From Klebsormidium nitens (taxonomy: Eukaryota; Plantae; Klebsormidiophyceae), in contig DF237375.1 in NCBI GenBank assembly GCA_000708835.1, positions 15,351 to 79,350 on the forward strand: a stretch of 64,000 nucleotides of DNA. The letters are read 5' to 3'. Made by a program: the position numbers and the translations under genes. Shown here piece after piece: positions 13,251 to 25,970 of the stretch (positions are counted from its first letter, which is position 1; every line of letters begins with the position of its first letter). The notes below the pieces were generated by a model. It was not told the origin of the DNA and did not search any database. It saw only the letters and a list, made by a program, of their open reading frames with translations.

Positions 13251-14110
13251 TTGCTCTCAAAATCAAGAGCCATAGACCGTGCTACTCAGAATGCACCCTG
13301 AAGCGCCCCGGTGGAGGACCAGGTCCCTCGTTGCACCACCCTCTGGCCTTTGAAGAAATTCGTGCGAGCCTTTCTTAGCCAGCCTCAGAATGACTACCTA
13401 TCTACCTATCTTAAAGTATCTATGCCTATGGCGGAAGCTGCCTGCAATTTGCAAAGCGCAACGGGCCACAACTTAGCCACCTGGCCAGAGCAGACTTTGT
13501 CAGAAAGCTCGAGTACAAATCATGTCAAATGGCACTGTTGACATCAGTCCAGCACTGGCAGCTCCCATACTCTTATACCGATTTCCTTGCTCTTATTAGC
13601 TCATATTCAACAGCTGATATAGCTGTAAAGGGCCGCATTCTGAATGCTTTTTGAAATTCTCAGCACCCGATTCAACTAGATCTCCAGCCATACGTCTTTT
13701 AGAACCAGCCTAATAAGCCTATCTCAGGCCAGAGTCCATCTATGTTTTCCCATCTATGCATTCCCGCGGGGATATATAAGCCTTTTGTTATATGCAAATC
13801 TCTCACAAGCGCACCTGTGCACCACCAGCTGCCACCATCTTGAGCAATCGTTGCAGGCTGCTGTGAAAGTGTTGGCTTGCAATTATGGTGCAATGCCGGC
13901 CAATTGTGCTCCCAGGTTGGATGCCGCTTCGTCTTTTCAACTGAATAATCTTTGCAAGTGAATCTGGCGTGGTGGTCAATGACCGCGACGAATGAAATGC
14001 ACACATTCTCTGAGTCTGAGCTCAGGAGCTTTGCTTGACGAAAGCGTCCTATTGTGAATCTCACTCATAGCAAGCAGGGGTGCCCCTTGGACCAGACCAC
14101 TTCCATCACA
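13251..14110. promoter_or_regulatory. Intergenic region between divergent PGS1 and endo-beta-mannosidase (probable bidirectional promoter and 5' UTRs)
   Basis: Inferred from head-to-head gene orientation only. Confidence 0.45.
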
Positions 14111-17100
14111 ATGATCACAGGAGCTGAAAGCTTGGTTCTGGATCAAGGCTGGCTTGCTCAGAAGGCTAGCAGCATCAACGTAAGTGGGGAGGCGCTGACA
14201 GCAGATACAGGGAGAACAATTGGGGCATGGGTTCCAGCCATTGTTCCTGGAACGTAAGTTCACAATCCTCCAGAAGCCTGCCATGTGTAATGCCACCATG
14301 TCCTTGCTATCCTGAAAGAGGGGATGATATTCTGGGTTGTCCCTGGGCAAGAGGCAAGTCAGAATGTTAGGGCCTCTACTCAAGACTGCATAGTAATTGC
14401 TGCAGCCTCGGAACGAACTTCAGACTACCAATTATATGGAATTCAGCTTCAAGGTCAGCATTGAAGGCTGGGATCCTGGGGAAAACAGCTTTACATCGTG
14501 TCTTATGCCCTTGACCAGGCGACAGTGGTCATCACAAAACAACGGGACACAGACGCCAGGCTTGCGTCCGAACTGCTTTCCGCAGAACACACAAGCAGAT
14601 TGCGCACCACCTTTCATCAAGAGAATTTGTTCCAAACCCAATCAGAGTTATGATATAGGCTGCCTTATTTAGTTACCCCTACAAAGCGGCAATATTGTTG
14701 AAGTCCCTTGAAGTACAATGAGGACATTGGCTCAAAACCGCTCTTACAGTTTCTCACTTCTATTTCGACTTCTTTCGAATTTCCAGGGTGTTGACCACTC
14801 TTGTACACAACGGCATATTCCCTGAGCCACTTTATGGCCTGAACAACCTGGAAGTTCCCGACATCTTCCATGCTGGAAGGGAGTTCTACACGTACTGGTT
14901 CCGGACAGTCTTCCAATGGCCTTACAACGCCAGACTACTGAAGGTAAGATGAGCTTATGGCCTTCTTATGGCCTTTTTTTCTGTCCTCTACTGTTGCCAG
15001 ATGTTGGATTTATGTGTTTTGAGGCACAGTGGTTTGCAAATCCCGATCTAGTTCATGCATAGAGTCATCCTTCCTTTTCAGAAGTATAAAGAGGGCCAAC
15101 TCAGCGCTGGAAGATCCTCTTGCTACTTGATATTCAAAGAACCGTGTTTGGTCAATAATGCTGGGAACCAAGAGATGGGGCTGGTACAGCGGATGTGGGG
15201 TTCAATGTCCATCCTCAGCTCAGCTTGTATTGGAGACTCGAAGTATATAGAACAAGTTCAACTCTCCTTAAGGCCTGGTATGATCGAGCTGGCAGCTGAC
15301 TCGATCATGGTGGCATCCAAATGGACTGTATTTGATGTCGTCACGGGCAATCCAGTTTTTCTGGTTGCGAGGTCTTCGCTCAGTACAATCTCGCCAGTCT
15401 TACTATTCAAACCTCTTTTGCTTAATAAATCAGCCTCCTCACGTATCTCGTTTCTTTCGACAGGCAGACTCCAGGTTCTGGCTCCACTTCCGAGGGATCA
15501 ACTACTCTGCGGAAGTCTTCCTGAATGGAAAACAAGTCCCCTTGGAGCAGCCGAGGGGAATGTTTCTGCGGAGGGCTCTAGATGTGACAGCGCTCGCAGA
15601 GAAGCGGAAGGAAAATCGGCTCGTGGTTTTGGTACATCCGCCGGACCACCCAGGGTGTGTAGATGTACCCGGACAAGGGGCAGATCATCAGGTGAGCTTA
15701 CCCATACTTTGGACCGATGATTCTCGTACAGTCTCATCATTCGATCTTGTGCGGCTAGAAAGTGGAAGAAGTTGCGGTGCGTGTTGTGTATGCAAAGTGC
15801 CTTCTTGTCCGGATAAAGGAAGGGTTTGATCTAAAGCAAGAGTCAGGGGGTTCCAGGAGCTGGAAGCTTCGATCACCTTTTATTTCGTCTAGAATTCTTC
15901 CATTCGTGACTCCTCTGTGGTGCACCATGGCTACCATCACAAGTGAGCAGACTGCTTAACCGTTCAAAAAATCTGTTTTTCTTGTACTCTTTTCTACAAT
16001 AGCTCATAGACGTTGACGCCAAAGCTTGGAGCTTTCCAGCGGGAAGTTTGTCAAGTTACGGTAGTCAACAAGGACATTGCTATTTCATTTTCGAGAGCTG
16101 TGCCTACATCAGAACCTGCGTCTCAGAATTCAGTACATCAATCGACCATCGCCAAGGACTCGGCCTAATTGAGCATACTGTGCAGATTGCCCACGACGTC
16201 GCTGCGCAATACGTGGAAGGTTGGGACTGGATATGCCCTGTCAGGTAATTTACATATTCATTTCAAACCTTCCGCAAGAGCATCAATCAACAGATTTTGG
16301 GGATCGTGCTCAAGCCTTGACAAGGAGGTTAGGAAGAGAGCCACTTTCAGCATCTTTGTGTTGGTCTGAAATTCTGGCGTGCTGTCGAATCAAACGTTGA
16401 CGCGATTTTATCAGTCATGTGCTCTCTCGTACACCGGCATCCTTGCCGCTCCGGTAATCGAGAGTCTTCCGCTCCTCGACCTCGCAGGGACCGTAACACC
16501 GGTATCTGGGATCAGGTGGACGTCGAGATCACAGGGGTGAGCACAGTCCCAAACTCCTTCCTCCAAATTCCGCCCTCCGATTCCTTGTCAGTTGGCAGCT
16601 CGTTCAGCTGATTCAAATCATAACCTTTCGGAAAAGTGGCAACTAGACACAGTTGCAGCATCTCATCCCCGAGACTGAGAGAAAGGAAGTGAAAAGCTGT
16701 GTCCGAAGCGTTGTTAACCCGTCGCCGGTCGATCTTCCTCCGCTCACTTTGGCCTTCTGCGCAGCCCGTCGCGATCCGCAACCCGCACGTGGTTACCCGT
16801 TTCCACGACAAGGACTGCACACGCGCGGTGCTGTGCGTGTCTGCAGAGCTCGTGAACAACAGCGATCGTGATTGGAAGGGGACAGTGCACCTTTCGGTAA
16901 GAATCGCTTCCGAGACCAGTCCCCCTCCTGAAATGAAGGCAGTTCCCTTGGAATTTCTGTCACGAGCCGGCACGTTAGATAGACTGTCTGGACCTTCTCG
17001 AGAGTTGCCTGGCAAACGCAGCACCCCTGTGGCGTAATTTGATGAAGCGACGACTTTCCGAACCCTGATAATTGTTCGGTTAGCCTCAAAGTAAGGACAT

Positions 17101-20100
17101 AGTTCGTTGTGTCGAGATTGGAAATTTGAGTCTCGCAACACGTGTTAGCCAAAGGTCTGGCATAGCTTTAAGGCTGCCAGCTGAAACGAGCTTTTTTCGA
17201 GCCTCTTTGTCAAAGCTCGTACCAAGACGGTCGAAAGACTTGGGGGGGATGCGGACACAGTCGATGCAAGTCAGGGGCACTTTGCCAGCTCGACTACCGT
17301 CAATGTTGAAAGCTGCTGGTTGGTGGTTTGAAAGGAACTGACCTACCAAATGTTCAGAATGCTAGACCTCGTTGCACAAGCTAAGGCAGCTGGTCTGACA
17401 TGGAATTTGGCGTGCTTGGCAGGTCACTCGCAAAGAGGGCGGCTTCTGCTCAGTTGAGCGTCTTCACACCGCCTCCGTCCAAGTGGAAGCCAGCAGTGCG
17501 AACGAGCACCTCCTTGCACAGGTGAGCCCAGAAATAGTCTAATCAAAAAGATGACCAACCGTTTCTCTTCTTCAGTCCGCTCGTCCGTAAAACTTGCCTC
17601 TACATTCTGAGGCGACCTCCTAGGACATTTTCAGTAGCAGCGCCGTCACTCTGCTTCCTTGAGACAATCCCCGATTATCATGCAGCGTCAACTTTGTGTC
17701 AGAAGGCGAAATAGATGCATACTGACTGCTCTCAATACTCGCAGCTGGACTTCGACCGCCCCGAGTTATGGTGGCCAAACGGCCTCGGCGCCCCGGCCCT
17801 ATACGACCTCAGCCTCGATCTCGTACTGGACGGCTACGGCGACTCGGACTCATCCGAGGTCCGCTTCGGCTTCCGGCACGTGACCAGCTACATCGATCCG
17901 AAGCTCCAGGGCCGCCGATTTGAGGTCAACGGACGGCCCGTGTTCATCCGGGGGGGCAACTGGATCGTGTCCGATGCGATGCTGCGGCTGTCCAAAGAGC
18001 GCTACGAAGAGGAGGTGAGATGTCGCCCTCCGTTTTCTCGCTGTCGTTTTCCTTTTGCTGAGTGATGCGAGCAACACAGGTGGGCTATCCGATATTTGGC
18101 AATTTAAGAAGCGGAGAATGCAGAAGGCTGTAGAGGCGTTCGTCATACTGTGGTTGCAGAATCGAGTTGGCAGTCTCTGGTGGTAGCGAATCCGAGTTGA
18201 CAATCTCTAGTGCTGTAGAAGGTTTCTTACTCAAGTCAGTCCGTGCATCCGGGTGGCGCCATGATCTTATCAAACTCCCGAGTTCCGTCTTTTGTTAGTA
18301 CTAACGTTAACCCGGTTGAGGAACGCCTTCCCGTCTTGAAGCCCTGTTTCCAATGCTCTTGCCGAACAACACCGCCAACCCTAACCTTCAGCGTGCTTCG
18401 GAAGTCAAAATCGAGAACTCCATCAATCAAATGTCGACAATCTCGCAACCCTTCTTGCCAGATGCGCTTCCATGCGGAGATGGGCTTGAACATGGTGCGC
18501 GTCTGGGGGGGCGCTCTCGCCGAGCGACCCGAGTTCTACGCCGCATGCGACGAGCACGGCCTGCTGGTGTGGCAGGAGTTCTGGATCACGGGCGACTGCA
18601 ACGGCCGGTAAGCGCCCACACTTTTGCGGGAATACAACTTTCGGGGCACAATACAAGTATGTTATCGGTACTGATTAGTTGCCCAACTGATCGCTCTCTA
18701 ACTGTATCATGGCACTTGTCAGCACCATGATACAGTTCCCCGCTTTCAGAACAAGCACGCACGCTCGTACCCGGCCCTCGACTCGTTCCACTACGGCAGC
18801 TTTTTCCCCTTGCAGACACCTCCCTGGTCTTCAGGACACCGGTGCAATCGGGCATGCCAGTGTGCTACTTTCTTGTGACTATTACACCTTCGGTCAAACC
18901 TGGCCGCTTGACCCAAGTCCGATCTCAAATACTTTGCCCGATGCGCCGAACTCGGACCCTCGGATAATTAGGACGATACTCATCGAACGGCCCCAAATCT
19001 GCGCTTTCGGCCAAGTTCTGCGGTGGGCTCAAAGCAAAGTCAAGTCAGGCGGGCAGGTTTCACCGAACCTGCAATAGAAGCTACACTTATATGTGAAAGT
19101 TTTCGACTTTGAAGTCGCACGTTCCCCTCCCCTGCGCAGGGGCGTCCCTCCATCGGAGGCCAGCTGGCCCGACGACCACTCGCTGTTCCTGGAGTGCGCG
19201 CGCGACACGGTGAAGCTGCTGCGGAACAGCCCCAGCCTGGCGCTCTGGGTTGGCGGGAACGAGCAGATACCTCCTCCAGACATCAACGAGGTAAAAGACG
19301 TCCGTTTTGGTTCGGGGACGAAGGCAGGGGCTTGACTGACGGGGCGAGCTCACAAAGAAGATGTTGAAGATGCCCTGCTGTCGAGAGTTGGTGTCTTCGC
19401 ATTCGGGCAACTTTGAACACGCAGCCTCGCTGGACGTTTGCCTGTCAACGCGCAAGGAAGAGGAGAGACAAGTAACAAGTTTCTGATGTATGGGATGTTG
19501 GTCGATCTACCCGTCTCGTTATCTTCAAGGTCGTGCAAGAAACGTTTCGGTGAGCCATATCGCGCGCTTGATGGCGCTCTCCCAACCATCGCAGCAAACA
19601 AAGACATCGGATTAGTATTCTATCGATACCCAACATCGACTCTGCACCTTGTGCGTCTCCGAAATCGGTTAAGAGAGATGAATGTTTGCAAGCGGATCAG
19701 GAACGGTACTGGGCCTCAAAACATCCGGGAGCACAGTTTAGAGCCATTTGGACAAGCGGCACCGCCTTAAATTCTTGACGCTCTTGTACACCTTTCTTGC
19801 TTGTCTTACGCACAGTAAGACATGCAGGTGGTTAAAACAAGGGTACCATCTTTGCAAATAAGCGGAGATAATGGCGGAAGACTTAGCGGTCCTCCTGAAG
19901 TTCGCGAGAACGTTCAACTAAAGTTCAATCCGTCTCTTTCTCGCAGGCCTTAGAGAAAGAGCTCCGCCTGGATGACGGCTCGGGCCCTGTCGGTTTACTG
20001 GACGGCACCCGGCAGTACTTCTGCGGCTCTTTGTGGGAGGGCTTCGCCAAGGGCGACGGGGCCTTCCGTGACGGGCCCTACACGATCCAAGTAAGAAAGT

Positions 20101-23100
20101 GGCAATCTGTGTTGGCAAACCCTGACATTCTGCCAAGGTACCGAGTCAAATGATTTTAGGCGCAAGATACGCCTGTTTGCAGATGAGCCACATACGTATG
20201 TGTCAAGTCAAGGACGAGCGCACACGCGTGCTAGCACGGAACTAGTATCATGGTCGAGTGTCTGAATTGGTCAAGAAATTGGTCACAATGCTAGGTCTAG
20301 ATCGCTGTGGAACCTACCCTAGATTCCAGATGTTCCTGCAAAGCCTTCGCTGATTTTGCACAGTCGGCTTAACGACGTGACGTAACGCTTTCGAACATGC
20401 TGCCAGGATAAAGTTTCTTGCTTCGAACCCCACCTTTCGAACCTCAGAGAATCGACAACGCTCAACAAAACTGCACCGGACCCATTCGAGACCTGTCCCA
20501 CTTCACGAGTGGAGACTCTCCGCAGACTCAGCAGCGAACGAGTGCCTTGACAAGCTTTCCCGCTTAGTGATTGCGTCAGCCCCACCTTCGAGAGTGACGT
20601 CAGCGAGCGCTCTGAAATGCGTGCTCGCTCGGGGTCCTCTGCAGGAACCCAGCCGCTTCTTTGAGGACGACTTCTACCCGTACGCTTTCAACCCGGAGAT
20701 CGGCAACGTGGGGGTCCCGGTCGCAGGTGAGGGCTGCAATAAACCCCCCCTTTTTGGTATGTGACGTCTGATAATGCTTGCTTCCATCCCTCAGCTTCGC
20801 GGTAAAAACAGAGTACCTAGGGCTTCAGATTTCAACGCAAGTTTGTCGGGTCGCCAAAGCTGTGTCTACATCCTGACGGTCCCCGTGAGGGGCCGGCTTT
20901 TCAGGTCACCTTTTTGACTTCAAGACGTCTCGCTCGCTCTGTGCCAGCGGACCGGTTGTTTGTAATCGCACCGTGGCGTCAGGCTGTGATGACGTCCCCG
21001 TGACGTCAGCGCTTGCTCCGCATTTGCAGAGACCATCCGTGCCACGATGGACGAGGCGCACTGGGCGCCCCCGACGTTCCACACCCTGGACGACGGATCG
21101 ATCGTCGAGACTCCGAACGAGTGCTGGGACTATCATACGTAAGTCAAGCTACTTGTGTGGTGGTGTTTCGAGCTCTGATAAATTCGTAGAAGCATAATGA
21201 TTCCCTTACTTTGATATACTTTCTTAAGGTTATTATGAGACGAAACATTTCAATCGTTCCTCGTGTCATCTTCTTGTCTCGCTCCCCTTCCCATCAGGGT
21301 CGCAGCTCGAGACGCCTGAATTTTGCCATGTCGGCAAGACTATGTATTTCTGCTTATGTTGCCTTTTTGTGAGAGATATGTACTGATTGCTGAGCCACTC
21401 TGATGCGCTGGTCTCACCATGCGCGGCCGCCGGGTTTTGTTCAGCTGGTCGGCCTGGGTATCAAACGGAGGCCAGATCCAAGCAGCCCACACCGGCTTCC
21501 ATTATCCTTACTTTTCTTCCGTTCACGGTCTGCTATATAGTCCGCAGCCGCTTTGAACCAGAGGAACGATATCAGCCGTTGATAAAGGAGGCTGTGTTCA
21601 GAATCAACGGCGCTGCCCTTGCAGGTACATTCCCTACTCGCAGGCGGGCGTCGTGCGCAACCAGATTGCTCTGTACGGTATCCCCACCACGCTGGACGCT
21701 TTCTGTGATCAGGTGAGGCAGCATCATAATCTGTTGACACCTTCCTGATCCAGCTTGAACGTTGGGAAACGGCTGAAATTATGGTTGAAACATTCCTCCT
21801 CTTCAATTGTGTCATTAAGGGGACTCTACAAGAAGCGTTTCCGCTTCCATATCCGTTAAATGCTGCCTTTCGGCCACTATCCAGACATGGATTGGCAAAT
21901 TCCTGATTCTAGCCTGGGACGACACTTTCCGGGTTCTGCACCCTTCACTTGTCACCAAAGTGCAGTTTTTTCCATCTGCTCTCCGACCACAAACAGAGCT
22001 CGACCGACGGGCTCCAACCATTCTTCGATATAGCACTTTCTTGTCCTTGGTTTTTGCCGTAGATTACAGGTTGGATCTTTCTCTTTTCTTTCTCGAGCCA
22101 GAATTTTTGAAAAGGGGACAGACGCTATCACAGCTCCCTTTTCTTCACGCTTCCTACAGGCCCAACTGGTCAATCCTGGCAAGAGTGGGCCCCAAATCGT
22201 GGCCGAAGCACTACCGGGCCTTGCTGATCACCAATTCTTTATTTCCGGCAGGCCCAGCTGGTCATGTCGTCCAAAAGAAGGCCCCTTCCCGAAAGTCGGA
22301 ACGGCCGCGTTTGCCACCGCTGCAGATCTGCTTCGCCCCGAAAGCTCACCACCATCGTCGGGCCTTGTAAAATTACAGATCTCTCGTTTCTGTAGGCCCA
22401 GCTGATCGAAGTCGTTCAGTACAGAGCCCTCCTCAAACGTCGGAAGGGTCGCGTTTGCCATCGCTGCAACTCTGCTTCGCCCCAAACTTTCACTTTCAAC
22501 GTGGGCCTTCTTCCCCTCAAAAGCCTCTCGTTTTCGCAGGCCCAGGTCAACTCCAATCAATACAGGGCCCTCTTGAGGTTTGGAACGGTTGCCCATGTCC
22601 AATACAGGGCCCTCTTCGGGCTCTAACAACGATTGCATTACGAACCTTAATTTTCATAGTGGCCTTGTAAATTACAAACCTTCTCTCTTTTTCCGCAGCC
22701 CCGGCTGGTCAACCTAGTCCAGTACAGGGCCCTCTTCGAGGCTTGGAACGTTTGCCTGTGAACGTCACTTTATAGTGGGCCTTGTAGATCTGAAGATCTC
22801 TCTTTTTTGCAGGCCCAGTTGGTCAACTTCGTCCATCACAGAGCCCTTTTCGAGATTTGGAACGGTTGCCCGTGAACGTTTCTTTCAGAGTGGGCCTTGT
22901 AATCCGGAAGATCTCTCTTTTTCGCAGGCCCAGTTGGTCAACTTCGTCCAGTACAGGGCCCTCCTCGAGGCGTGGAACGCGCGCATGTGGCGCCGCTACA
23001 GCGGGCTGCTCATCTGGAAGACGCAGAACCCGTGGCCGGGCCTACGTGGGCAGCTGTACGATTGCCAGCTGGACCAGACCGCCGGGTTCTTCGGCGTGAA

Positions 23101-24698
23101 GTCCGCGTGCGAGCCGGTGCACGTGCAACTGGACCTTCATTCGCGAGACGTTCAGGTACGGCGGCAAGGTTTTTGCTCACTCTCGTCAACAGTTTGTCCG
23201 GACCAAGGCGTTGGCAACTCTGGAAGGAAATCTATCACGTGGGCTGCTGACTTCGCTAAGGACTAAGGTAAAACATTAGCAAAGCCTAGTTTAGAGCTTT
23301 GTAGAGGCCTCACTCTGTTCTTGCCAACGAGCAATCAGCTTCGCCAAGAACACCTTGAAGTCGAGCAGAGATCGAGCACCCAGCGATTTGTGACCGCTTT
23401 CAAGGCGAGCTTTAGTCAATAGTATCGAGGTTACCGTTGCAAGCTTTGGCTCTTTCATTGTCGATTCATTTTGCAGGCAATTTCTCGTGGCCTTGAACCT
23501 CAGATAAACTCTCTATATTGACCACTCAGGCAATAAGCACCGATACCTGCCTGCGTATCATGGAAGTCGACGCGCGGGCTACAATCATCCATACAAGTGC
23601 ATTGCTCCTAGGATTGATGACCTGAGTTAGGGTCAGCTCTTGGAGGAATACTGGTTCCGGAACGAACATTCGGACGGAGGCTTCGAAAATCACTCACCGT
23701 TGCTCGCTGACCGGTTGCAGGTCATCAACACAACGTTTTCGGACGTCGACGCAATTGTTTCGGCGACCATCTACAACATGGACGGGGCCATCATTCGCCG
23801 CCTTGAGCGCGGGCGCGCTCTTTTCCCGGCAGATTCCGCTTCCGTTTCGTTCCGGCTGCGAGAGGAAACGGAACTTGACGTTCCGCCCGTGTACTTCGTC
23901 CTTCTCGAGCTCAAGAGACCGGAAGGCGGAAAGGTTTTGTCGCGGAACTTCTATTGGCTGTCCAGAAACAACGGGGATTTTCGAGCGTTGCAAGGGGGTT
24001 GGCGGAGGCGGCACGTGGATGTCCACGTGCTGGTCAGTGGGCGCTTCGTGCCGCTCCAATCTGGCGGCAGTCAACGGTCGGAACGGAAAGTTACAAGGTT
24101 TGGAGGGAATGGACCGGGGCCCGAAGTGAGCGGAATGGATGCGGAAGGAAGCGGAACGGGCGTGGGCGGAAATTATGAGGTGTTGATAGAAATCAGCAAC
24201 GGGGCGGATGTAAGGGGAGAGGTTTCGAGTCTGACGGACGGATGCGCTTCTGAACTGGAGGATCGACGAGCGGGGGTGAGGTTGGTTGGGGTGGAAAAGG
24301 GGCAGGCCGATGCAGGCCAGGAATCATGGAAGCACCAAAGTGCCGTCATGAGTGACGTCATGAGCAGTGGTCAATGCGATGAAAGGCCGGACGTCCGGTG
24401 CCGTGAGGGTAGGTTAGAAAAAGACGTGAGTGCGTCTGGTGTTGCGTTTTGGTTGCATATTGGCGTCTTGAAGTCGAGCGAAGGAGTTGGTGTCGGACCT
24501 TCGGATAGCAAGTACCTGGATCCACGCGTTTCACCTGTGCATTACTCAGACAACTATTTCTCTTTGGTTCCTGGAGAGAAGAGGTTGATCACGGTGGAGT
24601 TTACACGAAGGTTGGAGAAGGTGAACGAGCATCCGTCGATCTTGATTGAGGGTTGGAACGTACAACGGAGGGTCTTTGAGCTGAAAGCCCGTCGATGA
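14111..24698 (+). CDS. EBM: Mannosylglycoprotein endo-beta-mannosidase (glycoside hydrolase family 2), 16 exons, ~1020 aa
   Basis: Exons 14111-14253, 14787-14943, 15464-15691, 16186-16244, 16488-16536, 16765-16896, 17423-17521, 17745-18014, 18462-18607, 19140-19290, 19947-20090, 20645-20726, 21030-21138, 21625-21712, 22928-23155, 23721-24698, all phase-consistent. Motifs [68 protein letters not shown]. The start codon is tentative because an upstream exon is possible. Confidence 0.95.
22140..22990 (+). repeat. Array of six decayed copies of the acceptor plus exon start (real exon at 22928)
   Basis: Copies start at 22160, 22252, 22396, 22540, 22699 and 22813 (ag|gcccag.tggtcaac...tacagggccct). 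Confidence 0.92.
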
Positions 24699-25970
24699 AA
24701 CTGACGATTGTCGCTGTGCTGACCCTTTTCACACACGCTTTCAGCGCACTTTAAGAAAATGTGTGTCGAGTCGAGCTAGAAGTTGCAAACTGCATGCCGC
24801 CAGCTCAGACTATTCTCCAATATGGCATCTGGTTGGAAGCTCAGAAGTTGCTTCGAGCCCATAAGCTCGGTAGGCCGGGGCTGCATACGATGCGGGATGC
24901 CAGCGGCGCCTGCGGCAAGGGCGGCTGGAAAGTGCGAATAAGTACGAAACTTGAAGCTAGACGGTTGGTGGAGGCAGCTTCACGTGTTGGGTATATAATC
25001 ATCTGAGGCCATCTTTTGCAGAGCAGTGCGCATGCATGATGCTGCATGCAGCATTCCGTGCAGCGTGTATACACATGCATGTGCATCATGCAAGTTGTAA
25101 CCAACGCTTCCCCATGTACACAGTATAACTGCAGCAAACATTGCAGTACCAACCTACCGTCACGGACCCTGCATGTGCGCGCGTGCGCGTACCGTCCTAT
25201 ACATACGTATACTTGGATATCTAATTCAAGCCTGTAGGTCATGGGATTGTAATACGTATAGCTTATATAAGTACATGCGCATGTATACCGTATGTTGCTA
25301 AGTTTCATAATTGGTGCCACGCAGGCTGGCCCACATGCTTCCGACCACGACGATATCCGTATGTGCAGCTCAGTGCGCAAGCTTTCTAGGTACCCCGGAA
25401 TCGATTGAGCATATTCATGTTGCATAGCAATGAAAAAGAACCCAGCGGACATTTACAACCAGTACTTGGGAATGGCGACATAAGCAGTCTGATCAGCAGC
25501 CAATGCAACGAACCCAGATAAGCTCTCGCCTAATTGCAATGTTTCTTAATTGCATCACGATTGCTGGTAGCGATACATACGAAAGCGACAATCGTCCAAC
25601 AGGCCCGGTTTAATGGTCGCCGATTCGAGTGGCGCATGCCAATCTCGGAACATACTTTCAGTCAGAAGCTGGCCAACAACGCTCCCCTAACGAATCCATT
25701 CTAGCTGCCCCTCGGTTGGAGTTTCCTTGCGGATGACTACGCGTTGATCCCCAACATTAGATTGGACAGATCTAGGGGCGCTGGTTCAGTGATTCAGAAG
25801 CATGATACAGTTATGCTCAACAACTCAATTTCAACTCGTCAACCGTATACCTCATCGAAACATCCCAATCTGGGAAGCTTCGAGTTGGACAAAAAGAGAA
25901 GTGCCTTTCTAAGATGGGCTTTAAGATTTCCTTTCCCATCTATATCCTTTTCACGACTTGACTTTGAACT

